Source of the DNA: a virus | Length of the DNA stretch: 37,995 nucleotides | Reading direction: 5' to 3' (one strand) | IMG/VR virus record: IMGVR_UViG_3300044666_000001 | Span: 1 to 37,995 of that record | Shown here: positions 30,196-37,995 of the stretch, piece after piece | Position numbering within the stretch: position 1 is the first letter of the stretch | Layout of the letters: the number at the start of each line of letters is the position of its first letter | The notes under the pieces: generated by a model | What the model saw: only the letters and a program-made list of their open reading frames with translations | Told to the model about the DNA's origin: nothing | The model's database searches: none | Translations under genes and position numbers: made by a program

Positions 30196-32409
30196 TTACT
30201 GTTGTGGAATGGCTTCTTGCGGCTGCGGCACAGCCATCTGCTCGGGAGGAGTTACGACGACGGCTGTCGGCTCACCAAGCACCGATGCCATACCTTCGGC
30301 ATAGGTATTTGCGGGATCGGCAGGATCCGCTTTTACATTGGCGTCAGGGTTTTGGGCCGTCAGGATCTCTGCGAGAGCCTTTCGCACTACCATGTCGAGC
30401 GCATCGGGCGCCATGATAGGCAACAGCTTTTCAAGGCGCGCTGTCTCGGCCTTGAACGCTTCGAGGATCGTCTTGTTGTCGTTCTCCATGCGCAGCGCAA
30501 GATGATTCAGCGCATCCATGTCGTTACGCTGTTTCTGGAGAGCATGCTGCGTGTCGCGGTTCTGGAGTTCGGTTTGCAGTACCTGAACCACCTGCGTAAG
30601 CTGCTGGACCTGCTGCGTAAGTTGCTGTTCCTCCTGGCTAGGCCCTTCTCCTAAGACATTCTTCGGAATCCAATTTCGGAACCGCGCTTGCAGTTTGTCG
30701 GAATCCGGGAAGTCGGCATTTGCCATGTAAATGTCGCCAAACACCTGTGCGAGTGATCGATCACCGATTAAGAGTTGGGTCATCGCATTGAATGCCTCTT
30801 GGCGCCGACTTTCATAGCTAGGCCCACTACCAGCTACAACTGAGTACTTCCCAACAGTCGGATTGAAGATTGAGGCAATTGCGTTCTCGCTCTCATCAAT
30901 CTCTTGCTGGACAGCCTGTTTCGCTTCAGGATCAATCGTGATTGTGTGCTGCGTTCCGCCTTCAGCCTCGATCAAGATCACCCGCTTGGTGTCGTAAATC
31001 TTAGGGATTAAGTCGATCAGTTGAACGCCAAGGAATCGCACGGCCGCGTCCAAGTGGTCCCGGAAGTGAAGCGTGGCTCGTTCACCCTGCTTCTTCCGAC
31101 CATCCAGAGCCACACCGCTGATTTCATTGCCCTGCTCACTGAAGGTGGCCTCATACTGGCCACTAGACATCATCATTTCCTGAGCGGCTGCTTGCATACC
31201 GGCCAAATAGGCAGGCGCAGCATTAGGCGGGTCTTGACGCGTCGGCTCCGGGATCGTATTGCCGTTTTCATCAGCGTGGTTGTAGGGCAGATAGGCATGA
31301 TTAGCCGTATTGGCTGTCGCCCAATAGTTTTCCAATCCTTCAATAGCTTCTACTGCAGCCTTCCAAGGGATCTTTCCTTGCAGCGCACCGAACTCAAGCT
31401 GAGCGGATGTGTTGTAGTTGTATGTCCGTTGGGCATCCTTCATGTACCGTGTCAGCCCCTTGCGGTCGAGCTTGCCATCAATGACAACTTCCTCGCCAAC
31501 CACACGAATGATAGGGATGTAGCTACCAGCCCATGTGCCTTTCTCTGCAATCTCATTGCCAGCGATCACATACGAGCGCACAACTTTCTTGTCCACCCGT
31601 CGACGCTGGATGTTCGGCGCGCCCATTTTGAAGGCATCCGCCCACATCTTGCGCACTCCGGGCTCTACGTCGGATTCACGGATGAACTGCGTCTCGCCGT
31701 TGTCGTCCTCGATGGCATAAAGCCACTCTCGGCGCTCTTCGACCTCGTAATACTGAGCGATACGCACGGAATCACGCGTCACCCATCCTTTAGAGGTCAT
31801 GTCTCGGGCGACTATCGGGATGTTCGGATATTTCTTCTCGAACTTCTCAGTAGGCATGTCTTCATAGACGAACCCAAACCGCGCATCACTTCCGTCGAAC
31901 TGCTTGATGAATGGGTCAAGGTAGACCGAATTCGAGTCCTGCACCTGCCGGATGAAAATCTCCTGGTCGAAGCTCGAATCGTCGGCGTATTCCGTCGTCA
32001 GGCGCATATACCCGATACCGCCGCCCACCTGCATAGACGCAGCGTGCTTGTACACTTCTGAGGCGCGCGAAATGTTCTCGATATGTTTGATGACAGCGCC
32101 ATACACTTGAGCGGACTGATAGCTCGCTCCACCACCGGTGGCTTGCACCTTGATCTGCGGTGGATTCTCCTTGATGTCATTGACGACGTGGAGATAGTGC
32201 GTGTGCGTCTTGTTGATCGTCACCATGGGCTTACCGTCGATCTGACGGCGAGCCTTCACGTTGGCGTCCCACTGATCCTGGTTATCTGAATCAGCGAACA
32301 AGAAGCGGATATCGTCCTTGAATCGTTGGCGCACGGTCCCTTCCCAACTCTCGCATTCGTTGAATCTGCGCTGGGCGCGGGCTACGATGTCTTTGTCTTT
32401 TTCTGCCAT
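30196..32409 (-). CDS. Portal protein (P22 portal family)
   Basis: 737 aa. RIAQYYEVEERRE...IQRRRVDKKVVRSYVIAGNEI...GSYIPIIRVVGEE parallels P22 gp1 (IQIAEFYEVVEKKE...IKRRRVYKSIIT...GEHIPIVPVFGE). Confidence 0.9.
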   Translation of the reverse strand: MAEKDKDIVARAQRRFNECESWEGTVRQRFKDDIRFLFADSDNQDQWDANVKARRQIDGKPMVTINKTHTHYLHVVNDIKENPPQIKVQATGGGASYQSAQVYGAVIKHIENISRASEVYKHAASMQVGGGIGYMRLTTEYADDSSFDQEIFIRQVQDSNSVYLDPFIKQFDGSDARFGFVYEDMPTEKFEKKYPNIPIVARDMTSKGWVTRDSVRIAQYYEVEERREWLYAIEDDNGETQFIRESDVEPGVRKMWADAFKMGAPNIQRRRVDKKVVRSYVIAGNEIAEKGTWAGSYIPIIRVVGEEVVIDGKLDRKGLTRYMKDAQRTYNYNTSAQLEFGALQGKIPWKAAVEAIEGLENYWATANTANHAYLPYNHADENGNTIPEPTRQDPPNAAPAYLAGMQAAAQEMMMSSGQYEATFSEQGNEISGVALDGRKKQGERATLHFRDHLDAAVRFLGVQLIDLIPKIYDTKRVILIEAEGGTQHTITIDPEAKQAVQQEIDESENAIASIFNPTVGKYSVVAGSGPSYESRRQEAFNAMTQLLIGDRSLAQVFGDIYMANADFPDSDKLQARFRNWIPKNVLGEGPSQEEQQLTQQVQQLTQVVQVLQTELQNRDTQHALQKQRNDMDALNHLALRMENDNKTILEAFKAETARLEKLLPIMAPDALDMVVRKALAEILTAQNPDANVKADPADPANTYAEGMASVLGEPTAVVVTPPEQMAVPQPQEAIPQQ

Positions 32410-32413
32410 GGCG

Positions 32414-33802
32414 TCACATCCAATAGCCGGGGGTCATGTTTCCAACGGCAACACGCGGGGCCTTCGGCTGCGCGTCATCTCGTTTCTTTTTAGCGCGTAC
32501 CAAACCGGGGAATAGCTCAGTCAAAACCCAAATCCATGCATCTGCGCGGTTAGGTGACTTCTCCCCGAGGTAGCCCACCGTTGAGAAAGCAGTAAGCTCG
32601 TCCTCAAGCAGCCGATACTCGCCAACGTGGCGAACCTTCCCCTGCTCGTAAAGGGCTGAAAATGGCTCAGCACGTACGGCCTTCCCGCGTGACGCAGTTA
32701 CCATCTTGAAAGGAGTGCGAGGCCGCGCAGTCTGGATGACGTGTTTGACCATTGCGCCGCCATAGTTCGTTTCTCCCACAACCAAGTCGCCTGCGTGACG
32801 GTCATATGCCGATCCAGCGACGGCACCCCACGTTGCCGGCCCCGCCTTCACCGTGCAGTCTTCCAGGAGATATGCATTTCCATCCGTCCCGAGGGCGCCC
32901 ACAAGAATCCCGATCTCGTCGTTATCAGCGTTGTCAATATCGCCCGAGCCAGATGGGTCCACCCCGACCACTACGCGCACGAAGTCGGGCAAGTTGCTCC
33001 CTTCTGCTTGACGCCACTTATCTATCGTTTCCTCTGCGAATAGCTGATTCGGCGTTGCGTCACTGAACTCTCCCTTGAGGAAACGCTTTTGAAGGCGCGC
33101 GCTCATGCCCTGCAACGTTTCCAAGTAGCTATCACTCAGATTGTTAGCGTTGTCCTGCGGATTGATCTGGAAGCTCTCGTACTCGCCGGGCTTTGGCAAC
33201 GGCTCACCAGTTTCAGGATCGATGCGTTGGATGAATCGCTTGTACGTCCAGTGCGCCTTAGTAGGTGGATTGCAGTCGTAATAGGCACGCATCTTGAGTG
33301 GTTTAGGTTCGCGTCCCTCGATCTTCGTCATCACCAATTGGGCGAGGCGAGTTACCGCGATATCCACCGATGCCATCGGTATTTGGCTGCACTCGTTGAA
33401 GTAGAGCGTCGCGAACTCCTTGCCAAGAACCTTTTCAACCCGCTCTTTGTCATCCAGGCCGGAAAACCAAATCTCGCTTTCGAGATCATTACCTTTCTCG
33501 TCTTTCGCACCCGTGTGAATGGTCACGTACCCATCGCCTTTGTGCATCGTGAATTTGATGTCAGGGAAGGCCAGCTTCATCACCTTCGGAAAGGTGTCTA
33601 GCACAATCGACTCATGCACATGCAACGCCCGGAAGCGGAAGATGCCATGACGACTACCAGGAGCCTTGAGCGCACGGAATATGATGTTGCGCACATGCAA
33701 GAACGTTTTCCCGCTACGACTGCCACCGAAAAGCATTACGTGTGTCGCTGGGCCGCTTAGCACGCTTTGCGCCTGGAGTTGTCGGGGCGTTAGCTCCATC
33801 AC
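32414..33802 (-). CDS. terL: Terminase large subunit
   Basis: Walker A motif LFGGSRSGKT, an acidic nuclease region, and a position upstream of the portal gene. Confidence 0.9.
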   Translation of the reverse strand: MMELTPRQLQAQSVLSGPATHVMLFGGSRSGKTFLHVRNIIFRALKAPGSRHGIFRFRALHVHESIVLDTFPKVMKLAFPDIKFTMHKGDGYVTIHTGAKDEKGNDLESEIWFSGLDDKERVEKVLGKEFATLYFNECSQIPMASVDIAVTRLAQLVMTKIEGREPKPLKMRAYYDCNPPTKAHWTYKRFIQRIDPETGEPLPKPGEYESFQINPQDNANNLSDSYLETLQGMSARLQKRFLKGEFSDATPNQLFAEETIDKWRQAEGSNLPDFVRVVVGVDPSGSGDIDNADNDEIGILVGALGTDGNAYLLEDCTVKAGPATWGAVAGSAYDRHAGDLVVGETNYGGAMVKHVIQTARPRTPFKMVTASRGKAVRAEPFSALYEQGKVRHVGEYRLLEDELTAFSTVGYLGEKSPNRADAWIWVLTELFPGLVRAKKKRDDAQPKAPRVAVGNMTPGYWM

Positions 33803-34239
33803 AGATCCTCGTCGTGCGATGTAGCCACAATGCGAACCGGGCCGCCGTTGGCGCCAGTCAGTTCGTGATCAATCTTGTCGCGCCATTCTTCCTTCTTGCG
33901 GTTCTTCAGCCAAAAGATGGCGGCAGCAGTATCAGGCGGGTAATGCTTCCGCACCGGCGTCATGACGACTTCGCCACCCACCGCACGAATATCGACCTCA
34001 TCGTGCTCATATCCAAGCGCACGTTCGTACAGGCTGCGCTCCACGCGGGCGTCCGCCTGTTCCTTAGAAGTGGTTATGGATGCTGAAAACTCTGGGTGCT
34101 TGACCTTCCACAACGTAATAGTGGAAATAGTCACCTCGAAGAAGTCAGCCAACTGCGCGTCAGTAGCACCTAACGCGCAGAGCTTTGCAGCTTGCTGCGC
34201 ATATTCATCCCTGTACTTCGTAGGACGCCCACCGGCCAT
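33799..34239 (-). CDS. terS: Terminase small subunit
   Basis: MAGGRPTKYRDEYAQQAAKLCALGATDAQLADFFEVTISTITLWK is a typical TerS HTH N-terminus. Overlaps terL by 4 nt. Confidence 0.8.
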   Translation of the reverse strand: MAGGRPTKYRDEYAQQAAKLCALGATDAQLADFFEVTISTITLWKVKHPEFSASITTSKEQADARVERSLYERALGYEHDEVDIRAVGGEVVMTPVRKHYPPDTAAAIFWLKNRKKEEWRDKIDHELTGANGGPVRIVATSHDEDL

Positions 34240-34295
34240 TTCGCCTCACTCTGTTGGTTTAATGTGCATTTAATATGCATCTTTTAAGATAAAAC

Positions 34296-34457
34296 TTAAG
34301 CGCTATGACGCGCCCGACGCACCTGAATCATGATGTGCTGCGCTGCGTGTGCTGCCACCTTCTTGCGCTCATGCTCCATCAGAATTTCGGCCAGCTTCGC
34401 ATCGCCCATCTTGCGGCGCAGTTCTGCGCGGCGTACTAGCTTGTCGGCGTAGCTCAT
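34296..34457 (-). CDS. Small basic protein (53 aa; MSYADKLVRRAELRRKMGDAKLAEI...), below the ORF-track cutoff
   Basis: Hand-translated. ATGA overlap with the upstream small ORF. Confidence 0.5.
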   Translation of the reverse strand: MSYADKLVRRAELRRKMGDAKLAEILMEHERKKVAAHAAQHIMIQVRRARHSA

Positions 34458-34630
34458 TTCTTCATCTTCTTCAGCGTCTCAGCCAGCCGGGCACGCTGGC
34501 CGATCTTGCCGCCCTTCTTGGCGGCGGCGTCGAGCTTCTTGGCCGGGATGTCATGGCCCTTCTTCACGCCCAATTCCTTGCGGAGCGAACCAGGCTTCTT
34601 GATAGCGCCTTTGATCCAGTGATCGGCCAT
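34454..34630 (-). CDS. Small Lys-rich protein (58 aa; MADHWIKGAIKKPGSLRKELGVKKGHDIPAKKL...)
   Basis: Hand-translated. The sequence resembles a small protein family that I recall being widespread in phages and bacteria. It is tightly coupled to both neighbours. Confidence 0.55.
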   Translation of the reverse strand: MADHWIKGAIKKPGSLRKELGVKKGHDIPAKKLDAAAKKGGKIGQRARLAETLKKMKK

Positions 34631-34632
34631 GA

Positions 34633-34809
34633 TTATTTGCTGACGCCAGATGTCTTAATGATCGGCACGCCATTCACGCGAACCGGCTCAGGCTTCGGAC
34701 CAGTCGGAGCGCCAGGCCGACGCGAATTGGCGGGGGCGGTACGTGCAGAGTGCGCGCAGTTCGTGGCTTCCTTCATCGAAGCGCTAACCTTGAGGCCGTT
34801 GTCAGACAT
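34633..34809 (-). CDS. Small protein (58 aa; MSDNGLKVSASMKEATN...)
   Basis: Hand-translated, with GGAG 7 nt upstream of the ATG at 34809. Confidence 0.5.
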   Translation of the reverse strand: MSDNGLKVSASMKEATNCAHSARTAPANSRRPGAPTGPKPEPVRVNGVPIIKTSGVSK

Positions 34810-34890
34810 GGGAATCTCCAGTCAAAATTGACGCGGCTCGCGCGCGCGTGATGCGCTAATTATTGAGCGAAGTGACGGACGAGATCCGGT

Positions 34891-35157
34891 CTAAATGCGA
34901 CTTACGTGTTGTCTCCCGATGAGCGGAGCGTCTGCGCTAGTAGCGCCTTTTTTGAGTGCCCAATACTCGAGCAACTGATTGCCTACCGAGTGCGCTGGCT
35001 CCCGGCCGTTCTTGTATGCCTGGAGTGACGTGCGCGGGATGTTCGTCTCTTTCGACAATTGATAGAGAGATCCATTCGGGCCACACAGATCAGTGAGTAC
35101 GCGGAACCAGTCCACCCGGACAGAGAGTGTGAGATTGGCTGTCATGAATTGCCCCAC
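34891..35157 (-). CDS. Putative HTH DNA-binding regulator (candidate late-gene regulator)
   Basis: 88 aa with the HTH-like segment SLYQLSKETNIPRTSLQAYKNG. It is the last gene before the gap that precedes the packaging genes. The start is GTG 35157 or ATG 35145. Confidence 0.6.
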   Translation of the reverse strand: MGQFMTANLTLSVRVDWFRVLTDLCGPNGSLYQLSKETNIPRTSLQAYKNGREPAHSVGNQLLEYWALKKGATSADAPLIGRQHVSRI

Positions 35158-35158
35158 T

Positions 35159-35476
35159 TCAACGACGCCCGGCGCCCATAGCAGCCCCTAGAGCCATCCC
35201 AACACCTAAGTTGGCCGCAGCATGATCATCACTTTGTTTCTGCCGTGCGGTTTGAGCCGCTAATATTGCTCGACACTGGATGTATTCCGGAGAACCTTTA
35301 GTTGCCCCCCATCCTAAGCATTGCGCTTCATGTTTCTTGGAAATATCTGCGGCAGTCGGCTGCATCAATTCAACAAGAACCGATAAAAGAATGAATACGC
35401 CCAGCAATACGATACCGCCTACAACCCAAGATATAGGGCTATCCCATATGGAGTTATCTAAGCTTAATATCTTCAT
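35159..35476 (-). CDS. Membrane protein (105 aa): one TM segment plus a Gly-zipper-like C-terminus
   Basis: ATG at 35476 (MKILSLDNS...WVVGGIVLLGVFILLSVLV...GVGMALGAAMGAG). Visibly AT-rich DNA. Confidence 0.6.
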   Translation of the reverse strand: MKILSLDNSIWDSPISWVVGGIVLLGVFILLSVLVELMQPTAADISKKHEAQCLGWGATKGSPEYIQCRAILAAQTARQKQSDDHAAANLGVGMALGAAMGAGRR

Positions 35477-35502
35477 ATTTCTCACCCTAAACCAATTCGA
35501 TT

Positions 35503-35619
35503 TCACAGAAAACCTACGAGTCGCATTCCAATCAAAACGACATTTATTACTGACGCGATAACACACAGGAGCGCCCAATACGAGGCGTATCGCAATGATT
35601 TTTCCAGTTCGCTTTCCAT
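35503..35619 (-). CDS. 38-aa single-TM peptide (MESELEKSLRYASYWALLCVIASVINVVLIGMRLVGFL)
   Basis: Hand-translated. A strong AAGGAGAGAAGG RBS precedes the ATG at 35619. Confidence 0.55.
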   Translation of the reverse strand: MESELEKSLRYASYWALLCVIASVINVVLIGMRLVGFL

Positions 35620-35632
35620 CCTTCTCTCCTTG

Positions 35633-35716
35633 TTAAACCAAATACCGCAGACAAGCCGCGCAGAACCCGATAATGGTTGCAGTGCTGGCGATGATGAACA
35701 GGCCTATGGGTGCCAT
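35633..35716 (-). CDS. 27-aa hydrophobic peptide (MAPIGLFIIASTATIIGFCAACLRYLV)
   Basis: Hand-translated. TGATG overlap with the upstream stop. Confidence 0.4.
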   Translation of the reverse strand: MAPIGLFIIASTATIIGFCAACLRYLV

Positions 35717-36039
35717 CACATCCCCTTCCCTATCTCAGCAGCAGCGCGGACTATTGCTCGGCGCAAAGTGCTCTCAGTGTCTGAATTTGAAAACTCCGAT
35801 ACCCCTTCACGGGAACCATGGAGAGCCCGAGCGAATGCATGTCCCATGCTCACTTCGATCTCCATTTCCAACTTCACCGCCAGCCACAACGCATCTGCTC
35901 CTTCTTTCAGTGGGTTCCAATATGTCTGCGTCCAAGGGGCGGTCAGCCACAGACCATCGTGCGTAATATCTTTGCTTTTGCTCCATGTCAGCCCCGCCGC
36001 CTTCGCCGCGAGTTCCAGCAGTTCTCTGTCTTGCATCAC
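35716..36039 (-). CDS. Conserved phage protein of unknown function (WNPL...DALWLAVKL motif family)
   Basis: 107-aa ORF. ELLELAAKAAG...WNPLKEGADALWLAVKLEM resembles a family recurrent in lambdoid nin regions. I am not certain of the family name. Confidence 0.7.
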   Translation of the reverse strand: MMQDRELLELAAKAAGLTWSKSKDITHDGLWLTAPWTQTYWNPLKEGADALWLAVKLEMEIEVSMGHAFARALHGSREGVSEFSNSDTESTLRRAIVRAAAEIGKGM

Positions 36040-36287
36040 GCGCCCTCCTTAATCGTCACCATGCGCAAAATCAGCGAGTTGTCTTTGCTGTTCCCGTATC
36101 TGTCAGCGTTCGGGTAATACTCGGACTGGCGAGTCCAGCCGCCTCGGCAGTCATAGAACGTGCCGTTGAAAATTTTCGCTTCGAGGCCGGATCCTTCAAA
36201 CGAGTTGAGCGCGTTCTTCTCGAAGTCGCTTTCTGGCGTGATGACCAGTTGCACGATGCTGTCTTCGATGTAGAGGGCTGTCTTCAT
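36036..36287 (-). CDS. Hypothetical protein (83 aa)
   Basis: ATG at 36287 (MKTALYIED) forms a TGATG overlap with the upstream stop. Confidence 0.6.
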   Translation of the reverse strand: MKTALYIEDSIVQLVITPESDFEKNALNSFEGSGLEAKIFNGTFYDCRGGWTRQSEYYPNADRYGNSKDNSLILRMVTIKEGA

Positions 36288-36829
36288 CACACACTCCCAA
36301 ACAATGCAGCATGGATGTAATGCTGCTGCACATTGCACATCCCCGCGACAGCCACGGAATGGATGACACGAGCCTCTTTTGAAGACACCATTTGCTTACG
36401 CAAACGAGGTTTCTCCGCCTTGCGCTTTGCCTCATTCGCTTGACGCGCTGCTCGCCATTCCTCCCGGCTCAGATCGTCTCCGGCCCCATAGGCATACACC
36501 ACCCCTCCGCGCGTGTAGTCAACGATCCGAATTTGATTTGCTTTGTGAAGCGCACGGATCGCATAACGGATGTTGTCCGACGAAAAAGGGAGATCCCGAG
36601 TGAGACTGATAATCGTCTGATTCGGCTTTTCCTTTAGGTAAGCCAACACCTTCAAACGTCCTGTGTCGTCTCGTACGGGGCGACGAGCACCTATCTTCGA
36701 GGCACGGTTCGCCAGATAACGCCATGAGTGGCCCGGATAAAGCTTGGATAGCTCGCTATGCGGCATCCCAGCTTCCCAGCGCTTACGAAAGTCCTCATCC
36801 ATGTCAGATGTCCATACGATCTTTGGCAT
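36287..36829 (-). CDS. Hypothetical protein with a GcrA/Myb-like N-terminal HTH pattern
   Basis: WTSDMDEDFRKRWEAGMPHSELSKLYPGHSWRYLANRASKIG resembles GcrA-type N-termini. The assignment is weak. Confidence 0.6.
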   Translation of the reverse strand: MPKIVWTSDMDEDFRKRWEAGMPHSELSKLYPGHSWRYLANRASKIGARRPVRDDTGRLKVLAYLKEKPNQTIISLTRDLPFSSDNIRYAIRALHKANQIRIVDYTRGGVVYAYGAGDDLSREEWRAARQANEAKRKAEKPRLRKQMVSSKEARVIHSVAVAGMCNVQQHYIHAALFGSV

Positions 36830-36830
36830 G

Positions 36831-37115
36831 TCACCCTCTCAACAGGTAATCGACGGCCTCTGTAGCCGACGTAATCACCGCGATTTCACCCTTCCACGCG
36901 GCATGAAATTCGATCTGGTCAGGCGTCAACTTTCGGCGGCTTGCCGACTTGCTCCCGTCCTTGATCTCGAAAAGCACATTGCGACCACGAAAGCCACAGC
37001 AGATATCCGGGAAGCCTTGCCCCGTCGTGCTTGTGATGGCCACGCTGGCGCCCAATTGGCGCAGGGCTGCGACGATCTGCTTTTGGTTCGCATCGACTTT
37101 AGCGGCGCGCCTCAT
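36831..37115 (-). CDS. VRR-NUC domain nuclease
   Basis: VDANQKQIVAALRQLG...GFPDI...LFEIKDGS...LTPDQIEF is a PD-(D/E)xK VRR-NUC signature. Confidence 0.7.
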   Translation of the reverse strand: MRRAAKVDANQKQIVAALRQLGASVAITSTTGQGFPDICCGFRGRNVLFEIKDGSKSASRRKLTPDQIEFHAAWKGEIAVITSATEAVDYLLRG

Positions 37116-37672
37116 GTTTCATATCCACGCAAACGAAACGCATCTTTGAGTTGTCGAACGACCCCGGCCAACGTCTCTTTATCAAACCTGACCTCATAGT
37201 CTTCTGAAACGTCTTCGCCCTCTTCCCGCATGCGTTCAGGCGAATCCATGACGCGCGCACACCTCCAACCAGGCGCACGAATAACCATCCATCCCATGTT
37301 GTTCAAGATTTGATCTCGTTCCGCATCTTTCTTTGGGTCATGGAACGCTTTGCCGTCACATTCGAGTGCAATCTTTGCCACCGGATTACCAAAGTCCACG
37401 AAAAAACGGCCTACGGGAAATTGAGGCCACATGGACAATCCAGCACCACGTATTTCTACCCACGCGGCCATTTCAATTGGCGTAAAGAGGTTCAGCCAGT
37501 CGGCAATCTCGTATGGATCCCCGCGCATCCAATCAACATGCCCCGCGTCAACCGCAGATTGCAAACTCTTGTAATTGGCTCGAATCTTTCGGAATCTCTC
37601 GCTCAACGAATCGGAAGTGGTTGCGTACTCGATGCGATACGAAAACATTCCAATCAGATCATCAGCATTCAT
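37112..37672 (-). CDS. DUF559/Vsr-like endonuclease-fold protein
   Basis: FPVGRFFVDFGNPVAKIALECDGKAFHDPKKDAERDQILNNMGWMVIR matches the DUF559 core. Confidence 0.7.
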   Translation of the reverse strand: MNADDLIGMFSYRIEYATTSDSLSERFRKIRANYKSLQSAVDAGHVDWMRGDPYEIADWLNLFTPIEMAAWVEIRGAGLSMWPQFPVGRFFVDFGNPVAKIALECDGKAFHDPKKDAERDQILNNMGWMVIRAPGWRCARVMDSPERMREEGEDVSEDYEVRFDKETLAGVVRQLKDAFRLRGYET

Positions 37673-37995
37673 GGGGTTGCTCCTTTGTATGCGGCAACAG
37701 ATGCAGCCAGTTCAGCCTTGCGAGCCTCTTCAGCCTCTCGTTGTGCCAATGCCAAAGCCTCGCGCTCTTGCCGCTTTCGTTCAAGTGGAGAAATAAGCGT
37801 AGCGGCAAATGCCTTAACCTCAGCAAGCCCCTGAAGCTGCTTTGCCGTCGGCTTCTCATCGTCAATCGGGGGGGGAAGCAACGCAGCCACAGTGGGAGCG
37901 GGCAACCGGCCTACTCGCTGTGCCTCGCGCAAGACGGTTTCAGCCGAATCCTTGTCCCATCCAATGGAAGCAACCCATTTCGCAGAAGTCCCAGC
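37669..37995 (-). CDS. C-terminal part of the junction-spanning 247-aa early protein (see 1-544)
   Basis: Stop at 37669. The reading frame is continuous with 1-544 once the 127-nt overlap is collapsed. Confidence 0.7.
   Translation of the reverse strand, partial: AGTSAKWVASIGWDKDSAETVLREAQRVGRLPAPTVAALLPPPIDDEKPTAKQLQGLAEVKAFAATLISPLERKRQEREALALAQREAEEARKAELAASVAAYKGATP
37869..37995. repeat. Terminal overlap, identical to 1-127
   Basis: Exact 127-nt identity with the window start. Confidence 0.9.

Noticed and set aside
31021-32061. 346-aa plus-strand ORF opposite the portal gene.
   Set aside because: The minus-strand frame matches the P22 portal motifs. The plus frame shows no motifs and no start context.
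34349-34831. 160-aa plus-strand ORF upstream of terS.
   Set aside because: Three coupled minus-strand small ORFs with RBS or ATGA junctions explain the region better and keep operon polarity. The plus-strand product is Ala/Arg/Leu-rich shadow-type sequence.

Overview
The window is one complete, circularly closed temperate phage genome. Bases 1-127 recur exactly at 37869-37995, so the unique length is 37,868 bp, and one gene reads across the junction. The sequence is GC-rich and points to a proteobacterial host, but I cannot name the host without a database search.

The layout is lambdoid/P22-like:
- Immunity switch at 2572-3232: divergent Cro-like and cI-like HTH genes with ATCTAGC-N8-GCTAGAT operators.
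- Plus-strand early-left operon (3429-13580): driven by a PL-like promoter that carries the same operators. It contains many small ORFs, an Erf/YqaJ recombination pair, a PAPS-reductase-like gene, an HNH gene, xis-like and int.
- attP (13581-13830): a tRNA 3' fragment plus four 11-bp arm-type repeats.
- AT-rich acyltransferase-3 conversion gene (13922-14980).
- Long minus-strand early-right and late operon: NinB, Ref-like HNH, replication genes, DUF559 and VRR-NUC nucleases, small membrane proteins, TerS/TerL, P22-type portal, scaffold, coat, gp4/gp10-like head-completion proteins, ejection proteins, an AT-rich tail fibre with an SGNH-esterase signature, two holin-like proteins, a lambda R-type endolysin and nested Rz/Rz1.

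The most unusual element is the first gene of the early-left operon (3429-4517). It encodes a ~144-aa N-terminal domain that I cannot place, followed by 48.75 perfect-register 12-nt repeats (NGGGNCRCCGCA, giving [W/R/G][D/A/G][A/T]A). Only three nucleotide positions vary, there are no synonymous differences, and all six frames are open.

Several early genes, including this one, are bracketed by 13-17 bp direct repeats of the stop/RBS/start junction, so they look like inserted cassettes.

All family assignments come from motifs I recognise by eye. No searches were run.
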